Source of the DNA: Macrostomum lignano
Taxonomy: Eukaryota
Reading direction: 5' to 3'
NCBI GenBank assembly: GCA_002269645.1
Contig: NIVC01000020.1
Location: forward strand, 930,001 to 994,000
Length of the DNA stretch: 64,000 nucleotides
Translations under genes and position numbers: made by a program
In this document: one piece after another, positions 12,691 through 23,798 of the stretch
Position numbering within the stretch: position 1 is the stretch's first letter
Layout: every line of letters begins with the position of its first letter
Notes under the pieces: generated by a model
The model's input: only the letters and a program-made list of their open reading frames with translations
What the model was told of the DNA's origin: nothing
The model's database searches: none

Positions 12691-13579
12691 CGCTGTGAAA
12701 AAGAGCTTTTCTCTTCTCTCTCATCTTCTCTCCTCAGTTTTTGGCGTGAATGACTGAAGCGGAAGGACGCAGAGCTCGCAAATTTCACGAATTTCTCCAA
12801 GCAGCTCGCGTTCTCCAAACTTCCGAAAGTTCAGACTGTGGCCTCCTTCTGCTTTACTTTCCATAATTTTTTTGCTTGCCAAGCTTCTTCTAGTTGATCC
12901 TTGTAACTTTGATCTATGAGAAGACTCAAACAAAAAGGATTTTAAATTCGCGCCCGATTTGTTTAAAATGACAGCGTCAATCAAGCATTTCTGATTGGGT
13001 ACCGAAAATCTGCCAAATTCCAAGAACTGTTCAGCGCGAGGCGACTCTCTCTCAAGAATAAAAATATTTTTGCTGTCCGAGAAATCATTCCGTTAAAATG
13101 CTTTCCATACTACTTGCAGCGTTCATCTACTTCGGTCTATAGTTAGAGATCTCTAGCGTTGTTAATAGATTTTATTTTTAGACATTATTTCAAAGCCACG
13201 CGAATGCTTTCAGACTGCGCAGAACTGATGATTTCAACTCCGTCTTCTCCCTTCCGCAGTGACACAATTTCAAATTCTCTCTGTGTGCGTGACCGCCATT
13301 TCTAAGTTGGCTAACCTTTCTTGGATTTTATTTCATTGCTTTATTCGCTACTCACTATGCTGCCTACTGGCGCTACTGTTTTAATCAGTTCGGAAATATT
13401 GGCAACTTTTAGCTACAGAAATTTGTGTGTATTAAGCACTGAAAATCGGCGAGATTGGGATAAGAAAATCATTATTTTTCAAAAGTATGGATTTTATCCA
13501 AGACAAACTACCACTAGAAATAGATTTTTTCTGAGACAATTGTTTACAAATGAGTTGCAACTTCAAAATGATTCTGATT

Positions 13580-15735
13580 GGATGCTGTCACACTAATCCC
13601 TAATCCTGGGATATGTTGCTACACTAATCCCCAATCCTGGGAGATGTTGCTACACTAATCCCCAATCCTGGGAGATGTTGCTACACTAATCCTAATCCTG
13701 GGAGATGTTGCTACACTAATCCCCAATCCTGGGAGATGTTGCTACACTAATCCCCAATCCTGGGAGATGCTGTCACACTAATCCTAATCCTGGGAGATGC
13801 TGTTACACTAATCCCCAATCCTGGGAGATGCTGTTACACTAATCCCCAATCCTGGGAGATGCTGTTACACTAATCCCCAATCCTGGGAGATGCTGTTACA
13901 CTAATCCCCAATCCTGGGAGATGCTGTTACACTAATCCCCAATCCTGGGAGATGCTGTTACACTAATCCCTAATCCTGGGAGATGCTGTTACACTAATCC
14001 CTAATCCTGTGAGATGCTGTTACACTAATCCCTAATCCTGGGAGATGCTGTTACACTAATCCTAATCCTGGGAGATGCTGTTACACTAATCCTAATCCTG
14101 GGAGATGCTGTTACACTAATCCCCAATCCTGGGAGATGCTGTTACACTAATCACCAATCCTGGGAGATGCTGTTACACTAATCCTAATCCTGGGAGATGC
14201 TGTTACACTAATCCTAATCCTGGGAGATGCTGTTACACTAATCCCTAATCCTGGGAGATGCTGTTACACTAATCCCCAATCCTGGGAGATGCTGTTACAC
14301 TAATCCTAATCCTGGGAGATGCTGTTACACTAATCCTAATCCTGGGAGATGCTGTTACACTAATCCTAATCCTGGGAGATGCTGTTACACTAATCCCCAA
14401 TCCTGGGAGATGCTGTTACACTAATCCCCAATCCTGGGAGATGCTGTCACACTAATCCCTAATCCTGGGAGATGCTGTTACACTAATCCTAATCCTGGGA
14501 GATGCTGTTACACTAATCCTAATCCTGGGAGATGCTGTTACACTAATCCCCAATCCTGGGAGATGCTGTTACACTAATCCCCAATCCTGGGAGATGCTGT
14601 TACACTAATCCTAATCCTGGGAGATGCTGTTACACTAATCCTAATCCTGGGAGATGCTGTTACACTAATCCTAATCCTGGGAGATGCTGTTACACTAATC
14701 CTAATCCTGGGAGATGCTGTTACACTAATCCTAATCCTGGGAGATGCTGTTACACTAATCCCTAATCCTGGGAGATGCTGTTACACTAATCCCCAATCCT
14801 GGGAGATGCTGTTACACTAATCCTAATCCTGGGAGATGCTGTTACACTAATCCTAATCCTGGGAGATGCTGTTACACTAATCCTAATCCTGGGAGATGCT
14901 GTTACACTAATCCTAATCCTGGGAGATGCTGTTACACTAATCCTAATCCTGGGAGATGCTGTTACACTAATCCTAATCCTGGGAGATGCTGTTACACTAA
15001 TCCTAATCCTGGGAGATGCTGTTACACTAATCCTAATCCTGGGAGATGCTGTTACACTAATCCCCAATCCTGGGAGATGCTGTTGCACTAATCCTAATCC
15101 TGGGAGATGCTGTTACACTAATCCCCAATCCTGGGAGATGCTGTTACACTAATCCTAATCCTGGGAGATGCTGTTACACTAATCCTAATCCTGGGAGATG
15201 CTGTTACACTAATCCTAATCCTGGGAGATGCTGTTACACTAATCCTAATCCTGGGAGATGCTGTTACACTAATCCTAATCCTGGAAGATGCTGTTACACT
15301 AATCCTAATCCTGTGAGATGCTGGTACTCTAATCCCTAATCCTGTGAGATGCTGGTACACTAATCCCTAATCCTGTGAGATGCTGGTACACTAATCCCCA
15401 ATCCTGGGAGATGCTGTTACACTAATCCTAATCCTGGGAGATGCTGTTACACTAATCCTAATCCTGGGAGATGCTGTTACACTAATCCTAATCCTGGGAG
15501 ATGCTGTTACACTAATCCTAATCCTGGAAGATGCTGGTACACTAATTCTAATCCTGTGAGATGCTGGTACACTAATCCCCAATCCTGGGAGATGCTGTTA
15601 CACTAATACTAATCCTGGGAGATGCTGTTACACTAATTCTAATCCTGGGAGATGCTGTTACACTAATACTAATCCTGGGAGATGCTGTTACACTAATCCT
15701 AATCCTGGGAGATGCTGTTACACTAATCCCCAATC
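13580..15735. repeat. Minisatellite, 30/31-bp unit CACTAATCC(T/CC)AATCCTGGGAGATGCTGTTA, about 70 copies
   Basis: Direct reading. Longest array in the window. Confidence 0.97.
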
Positions 15736-16895
15736 ATGGCAGGTCCCTCAGCATAGCTGTGCCGAAGCCGTGTCCAATGTGATTGCAATCGCCGCTCACT
15801 CACAGAACTTGGCTGACTTGGGATGTTTTTTCTTTTTTGAAAAACGACTTCGGCTTTTGACTTTGTCAATTTTTTTAGAAATGGGCTCCGGAATAAATTG
15901 CGTCAATATGGAAGAAAAAATTATGCAAATTTTGGATTCTGGTTTTGGCCGATCGCTGGGTGTGATTGACAGGGCGATCTTTGCGGCAAGGAAGCAGCCC
16001 GGGACTGCTTATCGATGTCAAGCCGCTGCAGCACCCGGTGCTCTCGGGGGGGGGGGGAGTTGGGAGTTCGGCCGCTCCTGGTCGGAGCTGCTGAGCCATA
16101 AGAAGCGGTCGCGGTCCACGTGGGCCGCCATGAGCAGTCACGGGAGCGGCCAAGCGAACCGCCGCTGGCAGCTGGGCGGTCCCCGGGGAGGCTGAGGATG
16201 AGGCGCTGCTAGTGTGTATATATATGAATAGTTTAGCCCGTGTTCACCGGCTCGGGGATTCGAATTCTCTATTCGAGTCCCTCCCTATATACACGAATTT
16301 CTGGTCCGGCTAGTCCACTCCCCCTAGGGATAATTCTCCCCTAAACCCTGCAGAAGCTGGGGATCATTGGGCATCAATCACCCGCCCCCAGCCGCTCAAC
16401 AGTTGGCCTCAAGGAGTGGATTGTAGCCGTCTTGAGCAGCTGGGGCTGGTGGGGGAGAGAGACCTGCGACATGCCTTGGCGCCGTAATTGCAGTCATTCT
16501 TCTTCAGCAGAGACTTCGAGTCTGCTATAAGCTGCGTCTCCCCCCCCCCTTGCTCGGCGCCTCTCCCACTGGGAAGTCATAAATTTGCACCGATCCCGGC
16601 GGTCCGGAAGCAGGGAGGGCTGGGGATTCAGTGAGCTGCCATCGCCTCCCAGAGCAGGTGGCGCAACCCCGCTGAGTAGCGAATTCGAACTGCAGTTGTT
16701 ATGAATCGGGCCATTCGAAAATATTGAAAGCAGAGATTCGAGAGCGAGAAAAGCCGCTTCCTGTGCGGAAGCTGGCAGAGCTCGGCGCTTGTCTGCCAGA
16801 ATTCCTGCGAACTGAAGGAGCTGTCAGAGTTCAGATTGGGTCGGCCTTGAGTTCGGAAAAATTAATGACTTGTGCGATTTGCTGTTGGAACTCGG

Positions 16896-17335
16896 AAACA
16901 GCTCAGCTAACAGCTCACTAAACAGCTCACCAAACAGCTCACTAAACAGCTGACCAAACAGCTGACCAAACAGCTCACCAAACAGCTCACCAAACAGCTC
17001 AACAAACAGCTCACCAAACAGCTCACCAAACAGCTCACCAAACAGCTCACCAAACAGCTCACCAAACAGCTCACCAAACAGCTCAGCTAACAGCTCACTA
17101 AAAAGCTCACCAAACAGCTCACTAAACAGCTGACCAAACAGCTCAACAAACAGCTCACCAAACAGCTCACCAAACAGCTCAACAAACAGCTCACCAAACA
17201 GCTCACTAAACAGCTCAACAAACAGCTCACTAAACAGCTCACTAAACAGCTCACCAAACAGCTCACCAAACAGCTCACCAAACAGCTCACCAAACAGCTC
17301 ACCAAACAGCTCACCAAACAGCTCACCAAACAGCT
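16896..17335. repeat. Minisatellite, 12-bp unit AAACAGCTCACC, about 36 copies
   Basis: Direct reading. Confidence 0.95.
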
Positions 17336-18494
17336 TTACAAACAGAAACCCAAACAATTTCGGGTTTTTTCGGATTAAATTGACAGTTTCGTGGTGCTTT
17401 TGCAATTTTTGAATTTTAGAATTCCAAAATTGCATTTTCCTTAAATTTCACAATCCTCAACTTTCAAAATCTCAAACTTCAAAATCCTCAAAGTTGGGAA
17501 TCGTGAAAGCACCACAAATTTGTCAATTCCTGAGAAGCGACCCCAGAAAAAACGCGAAGATTCGTGCAGGAAGGAATGAATCACTCTGTGAGCAGCCATG
17601 CCCCCCCCCCTAGCGACTCACCGCTGGCCGAATCCCAAGATCTCCATCACATCCCAGATTCCGTATACAAAGAATCCCCACCCGGAGCCGCGGCCGGCTC
17701 ATTGCTGCGCATAATGCCGACTCGGGCGGGAAGAATTTCCCCATACTATGAAAAAGTTAATTTGGAATCGATGGCCGGCGGAGATAGGGGCCGTCGCATA
17801 GGGCTTCTGCTGCTTCTTCTAAAAGCAGGCGGAGCGAGCATTTATAAGCTTCAGCGGCCCCCTCCCCGCCGCCGGAGTCGCCATTATCTTAATGAGATCG
17901 CGGCGGCGTCAAAAATTGCTGCTTCTCTCGTGCAGGAGGGCGACTCCCAGCCCGCCTGCTTCTCCCAGACTCCCGCCCAGCCGCCTCATCAGGAGCCGCC
18001 GCAGCAGATAAGACAGACGAGCGACCAGAGACAGAAAGAACAATTGAGAGCAAAAAAATTGATTCCATAATTAACCTCGCGCTCTGCCGCGTCAGAATCT
18101 CAAATTCTAAGAAATGCATTGCGGGTTGAGCAGCCAGCCGGGATGAGGCTGGGGGGGGGCGTGACTGGAAATCCATCAACTGCTGCATGCCGGGCGCCAC
18201 GTGGCCGATGCCAGCTGCCGGCGGGCGGCAACTCCAGCCAGGCGGAGAGCAGCAGAGCCGTCAGGTGGCCGAGGGGAGAAAGTTTTACGGAGCTGGCATC
18301 TTCTTGACTCCCCGCTGGGGTTGATGGAGCCGCACTTCATTTTCCCCGCTCTCCCCTCGCTGCCATCGTCTCAGCCGGCGCACGTGGCCGCTCCAACCTG
18401 CTGTCAGCCGCTGCTCAGCCGCTGCTCCGCCCCGCTGCCATCCGTCAGCTTCAAGCGGAGACAAAATTTAAATTGCGAATTTGAAGGCTCAGGA

Positions 18495-19267
18495 CTGGCT
18501 GACTGTGAGCAGAGCAGTGGATTGCTAGTCTGGTCTCCGTGAATGAGGAACTGGCTGCCTGTGAGCAGAGCAGTGGATTGCTAGTCTGGTCTCCGTGAAT
18601 GAGGAACTGGCTGACTGTGAGCAGAGCAGTGGATTGCTAGTCTGGTCTCCGTGAATGAGGAACTGGCTGCCTGTGAGCAGAGCAGTGGATTGCTAGTCTG
18701 GTCTCCGTGAATGAGGAACTGGCTGCCTGTGAGCAGAGCAGTGGATTGCTAGTCTGGTCTCCGTGAATGAGGAACTGGCTGCCTGTGAGCAGAGCAGTGG
18801 ATTGCTAGTCTGGTCTCCGTGAATGAGGAACTGGCTGCCTGTGAGCAGAGCAGTGGATTGCTAGTCTGGTCTCCGTGAATGAGGAACTGGCTGCCTGTGA
18901 GCAGAGCAGTGGATTGCTAGTCTGGTCTCCGTGAATGAGGAACTGGCTGCCAGTGAGCAGAGCAGTGGATTGCTAGTCTGGTCTCCGTGAATGAGGAACT
19001 GGCTGACTGTGAGCAGAGCAGTGGATTGCTAGTCTGGTCTCCGTGAATGAGGAACTGGCTGCCTGTGAGCAGAGCAGTGGATTGCTAGTCTGGTCTCCGT
19101 GAATGAGGAACTGGCTGCCAGTGAGCAGAGCAGTGGATTGCTAGTCTGGTCTCCGTGAATGAGGAACTGGCTGACTGTGAGCAGAGCAGTGGATTGCTAG
19201 TCTGGTCTCCGTGAATGAGGAACTGGCTGCCTGTGAGCAGAGCAGTGGATTGCTAGTCTGGTCTCCG
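18495..19267. repeat. Minisatellite, 56-bp unit, about 14 nearly identical copies
   Basis: GAATGAGGAACTGGCTGCCTGTGAGCAGAGCAGTGGATTGCTAGTCTGGTCTCCGT repeated. Confidence 0.97.
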
Positions 19268-19806
19268 CATTTTGTTGCAAAATCCATAAGATAAGCTCGA
19301 TAGAAAGGATTCATAAAACGAATGCATCAAGTTGTGCCGTTTTAATGGTTTTAGGCACAGGGCTTGTACGCAGGATATAAAATTAATATCGAATTCGAAT
19401 TTTCCAAACAGAAAGCTGAGCGAATATAAAAAGATGAACTTTGGGTCCGCCTGCTAGCAAGAGCAAATAAAAATGTTGTGCTGAAAAAGTGAAAACCTCT
19501 CTTCTCCGTAATGTATTTTTTTCGGTAAATCCGATTTCCTATAAATTCCAAGAAACGTAGGTTCCCGACCTTCTGCTTGAGTAGCCCTTGAGTTTAATTC
19601 AAAACCAAAGCGCTTCAAAGCCGCATTGAAACTGTGGCAGAGCGGCCCCAGCCAGCACGGGCTGCGAGGCCGCTGCTGCATGGCTCACCAAAAAACTGAT
19701 CAATAACATGCTTGGCATCTCCGGCCTCACAGATCCCCATAAACAAGCTCGGAAATTTCTGCTTCTGAAACCGGGATCGAACAACGATTGACGAGTCAAA
19801 TCCCCG

Positions 19807-20370
19807 AGATAAGGAAGAGCAGTTCGGGCTGAGGGGTGGCCAGCTCGGAGAAAATCGAACCCCGATCCGCCTTATCTCCCAAAACAGGCGCGCCTAATCC
19901 CCATTTTTGCGCTGCCGCAGTCCCGCTTCTAGCCTCTCCCCCCCCCCGGTTCCTCATCTCGAACCGTCTCACACTTTCTCACTTTTCCCATTTCTCCTCT
20001 TCCCCAGCCCGCTGTCCGGGTTGGCCGGGAATTCGGGATTTCTCCCCCGGCCAGCCAATCGGCCGGCCCCCCGCCGCGCCCCCCTCCCCGCTGACGGGAG
20101 ATCAGTTAAGGCCGCTTATCGCCGGCGCGGCATAAAACCAGCGGTGCGTTGCGGCAGCCGATTTCGTTCCCAGACTCGCCCGGCAGCCCCAGTCGATAAG
20201 CGGCAGATAAGCATTTATCAGGCAGCAGCCACAGCCAGATAGCCACCGCCCAGCAGCAGCAGACAGAAGCCGCCTGCAGACGCCTACACTGTGTGTATAA
20301 ATACAACAGCCGCTACCTCCCCCGCGAACTGCAGCACTGCCTACGGCACTCGCTGAACTTTTTTGTAAGT
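19807..20370 (+). promoter_or_regulatory. Candidate GATA1/2/3 promoter: GATA-site cluster, CCAAT, TATA box, short non-coding exon and donor
   Basis: GATAAG at 19808, 19871 (rev), 20115 (rev), 20195 and 20206; TGATAA (rev) at 20215; AGATAG at 20237; CCAAT about 20056; TATAAATA 20296-20303; GTAAGT donor 20365. A matching acceptor (gtgcag, 23797) lies 1 nt before the GATA ATG. Confidence 0.6.
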
Positions 20371-20584
20371 TAATAATAACAATAGAACAATAGGCTTTGT
20401 TTAACTGAACATCCATCTGCGTTAGGCAGAGAATCTTCGCAGGTCTCTTTGCAAAAGCAGATTTTCCTGAGCATCTGCGGCTGGCTGAAGCTCGCCATGG
20501 CGTCTTGCTTGGTAATTTACGATTTGAAATGACCGACTTGGTCCTTCGGTTGCACTTCTGTTCCATTTTCAGGAGTTACAAGAG

Positions 20585-21449
20585 CCCCTATTCCCTCTGC
20601 TGGCACCCCAATTCCCTCTGCTGGCACCCCAATCCCCTCTGCTGACACCCCAATCCCCTCTGCTGGCACCCCAATCCCCTCTGCTGGCACCCCAATCCCC
20701 TCTGCTGGCACCCCAATCCCCTCTGCTGACACCCCAATCCCCTCTGCTGGCACCCCAATCCCCTCTGCTGACACCCCAATCCCCTCTGCTGGCACCCCAA
20801 TCCCCTCTGCTGACACCCCAATCCTCTCTGCTGACACCCCAATCCCCTCTGCTGACACCCCAATTTCCTCTGCTGACACCCCAATCCTCTCTGCTGACAC
20901 CCCAATCCCCTCTGCTGACACCCCAATCCCCTCTGCTGGCACCCCAATCCCCTCTGCTGGCACCCCAATCCCCTCTGCTGACACCCCAATCCCCTCTGCT
21001 GGCACCCCAATCCCCTCTGCTGACACCCCAATCCTCTCTGCTGACACCCCAATCCCCTCTGCTGACACCCCAATCCCCTCTGCTGGCACCCCAATCCTCT
21101 CTGCTGGCACCCCAATCCCCTCTGCTGACACCCCAATCCCCTCTGCTGGCACCCCAATCCCTCTGCTGACACCCCAATCCCCTCTGCTGACACCCCAATC
21201 CTCTCTGCTGACACCCCAATCCCCTCTGCTGGCACCCCAATCCCCTCTGCTGGCACCCCAATCCCCTCTGCTGACACCCCAATCCCCTCTGCTGACACCC
21301 CAATCCTCTCTGCTGACACCCCAATCCCCTCTGCTGACACCCCAATCCCCTCTGCTGACACCCCAATCCCCTCTGCTGACACCCCAATACCCTCTACTGG
21401 CACCCCAATTTCCTCTACTGGCACCCCAATTCCCTCTACTGGCACCCCA
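20585..21449. repeat. Minisatellite, 21-bp unit TCTGCTGRCACCCCAATCCCC, about 41 copies
   Basis: Direct reading. GGGG tracts on the minus strand. Confidence 0.96.
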
Positions 21450-22132
21450 TGCCTTCGTCCCGAACCACTACGAGCGGGTGTGAAATTCAAGCCATAGAAT
21501 CTCATTTAAAAATAAACTCCCCATTTCTTACACTTCATCCCTTCCTATAGCTCAGGACTCGCAGGACTCAGCATAGAAATGGGCCCCATAGCAACAGACC
21601 AGGTGGCCGGCCTCCACTTGTGCGTTCGTTCTGTGAAAATTCGTTTCGTGGGAATTTCGTTCACGCAAGCTTTTTATGACTGCGGATTATGCTAATGAGC
21701 CGTAAGCCCAGCTGCAGCAGCGCGGGGATGCGGCAGCTTCGGGTTGCCGGGCCCGGCCAAGTCAAGCGCGAAGTCCCCTCTTCTCCCTTCGTCTCCCAGC
21801 TTTCTGCTCAAAATATTTTACTGCTCCCATGCAGAAGCCGACGAGACTTGGGAATTTTATTGGCCAGAGGGATCGGCAGGGGAGGCGATGGGATAAAAAT
21901 CCCACTTTCATTTTTATACGAAGGGGGTGGAGAAATTTATGCCCGGCAATGAGAAGAGAATTAGTCAGGTGAAAGAAAGCATTTTATGAGAGGATGAGGG
22001 GTAAGCATTGGAACTCGGTCAGGGACGCCTCAGACTAGAGCTCTGGACTGGAAATTGAGCTGTGACTTTTCTCAACTTTCGGCCGGTGATGAATTTTTTC
22101 ACTTACAGCAGATTGTGCTCGTAGAGAGCTGT

Positions 22133-22724
22133 GAACACCTGTCCAGAGCAGGGGAATACCTGTCCAGAGCAGGGGGACCACCTGTCCAGAGCAGGAGAAT
22201 ACGTGTCCAGAGCAGGGGAATACCTGTCCAGAGCAGGGGAACATGTCCAGAGCAGGGGAATACCTGTCCAGAGCAGGGGACCACCTGTCCAGAGCAGGGG
22301 AAAACCTGTCCAGAGCAGGGGACCACCTGACCAGAGCAGGAGAACACCTGTCCAGAGCAGGGGAACACCTGTCCAGAGCAGGGGAACACCTGTCCAGAGC
22401 AGGGGACCACCTGTCCAGAGCAGGGGAATACCTGTCCAGAGCAGGGGAATACCTGTCCAGAGCAGGGGGACCACCTGTCCAGAGCAGGAGAATACCTGTC
22501 CAGAGCAGGGGGACCACCTGTCCAGAGCAGGAGAATACCTGTCCAGAGCAGGGGGACCACCTGTCCAGAGCAGGAGAATACCTGTCCAGAGCAGGGGAAT
22601 ACCTGTCCAGAGCAGGAGAATACCTGTCCAGAGCAGGGGAACACCTGTCCAGAGCAGGGGAACACCTGTCCAGAGCAGGGGAACACCTGTCCAGAGCAGG
22701 GGACCACCTGTCCAGAGCAGGGGA
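22133..22724. repeat. Minisatellite, about 21-bp unit CCTGTCCAGAGCAGGGGAAYA, about 28 copies
   Basis: Direct reading. Confidence 0.95.
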
Positions 22725-23289
22725 AGCTGGCAAAGCTGACTAAACTTCAGCTTTTTGGCTTGAGGCGTCCCTAGTTCCATTTTTTGAGTGACCCACAGCC
22801 TCCTGTGCCAGCAGTTCAAGCACAATTGCCTTAATTGCTCAAAGCATGGAGCAACACGGTATTACATTTACCAAAGTTGATAGAAGTTCAGGTGGGGTTT
22901 CAGAGCAGCTGGTGCAGTCAAACGGAGCTCCAGATATTCTGTTTAGAGCTCCCTGACTCAGGAGCTGCAGAACAAATTCTGCAACAGATGGGATCAGGGA
23001 GCGCCGACTCTGCTGTGTCTCAGGACGGGATTTTATGCGTCCATAGAGTGGGATTAAACTGACAACCAGCCGCTTTTATCCCCTCCCGATTCCCCACAAA
23101 TATTAAATCCCCATCTATTCAATTCCAACCCGTGTCAGGTTGAAAATCTGCTTTTGTCGGTGAATTTGTTGATTTTTCAGCAATGACACGCATCTGACGC
23201 GCCCCCATTGTGTTGGGAAAATTCTGGCTGTCTGGGCTGCCTCTCCCGTCACCTACACATGCTGACCTCAGCTCACCCACTGCCACCGT

Positions 23290-23765
23290 CCCCTTTCTCT
23301 CCATCTCTCTCTCTTTCTATCTCCTTTCTGACTTCTTTCTGATCTCCCCCATCTCTACTCAATCTCCCTCTCTCTCCCTCCATCTCTACTCAATCTCCCT
23401 CTCTCTCCTCTCCATCTCTACTCAATCTCCCTCTCTCCCTCCATCTCTACTCAATCTCCCTCTCTCTCCCTCCATCTCTACTCAATCTCCCTCTCTCTCC
23501 TCTCCATCTCTACTCAATCTCCCTCTCTCCCTCCATCTCTACTCCATCTCTCTCTCTCTCCCTCCATCTCTACTCAATCTCCCTCTCTCCCTCCATCTCT
23601 ACTCAATCTCCCTCTCTCCCTCCATCTCTACTCAATCTCACTCTCTCCCTCCATCTCTACTCAATCTCCCTCTCTCCCTCCATCTCTACTCAATCTCCCT
23701 CTCTCCCTCCATCTCTACTCAATCTCCCTCTCTCTCCCTCCATCTCTACTCAATCTTCATCTCTC
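23290..23765. repeat. CT-rich tandem repeat (about 29-bp unit CTCCATCTCTACTCAATCTCCCTCTCTCC)
   Basis: Direct reading. Ends about 30 bp before the acceptor of the GATA ATG exon. Confidence 0.9.
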
Positions 23766-23798
23766 ACACTCGCCCCCCCTGGCCTCCGTCCGTGCAGC

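Noticed and set aside
15770-18542. ORFs between the CYP and GATA genes, and the 39961-40431 ORF upstream of Pax
   Set aside because: They lack domain similarity and consistent splice phases. GC-rich regulatory DNA readily yields such ORFs.
21647-21654. CGTGGGAA CSL/Su(H) site in the GATA intron, and GTGGGAA sites near Pax
   Set aside because: An 8-mer is expected about twice by chance in 64 kb on both strands, and there is no paired-site architecture.
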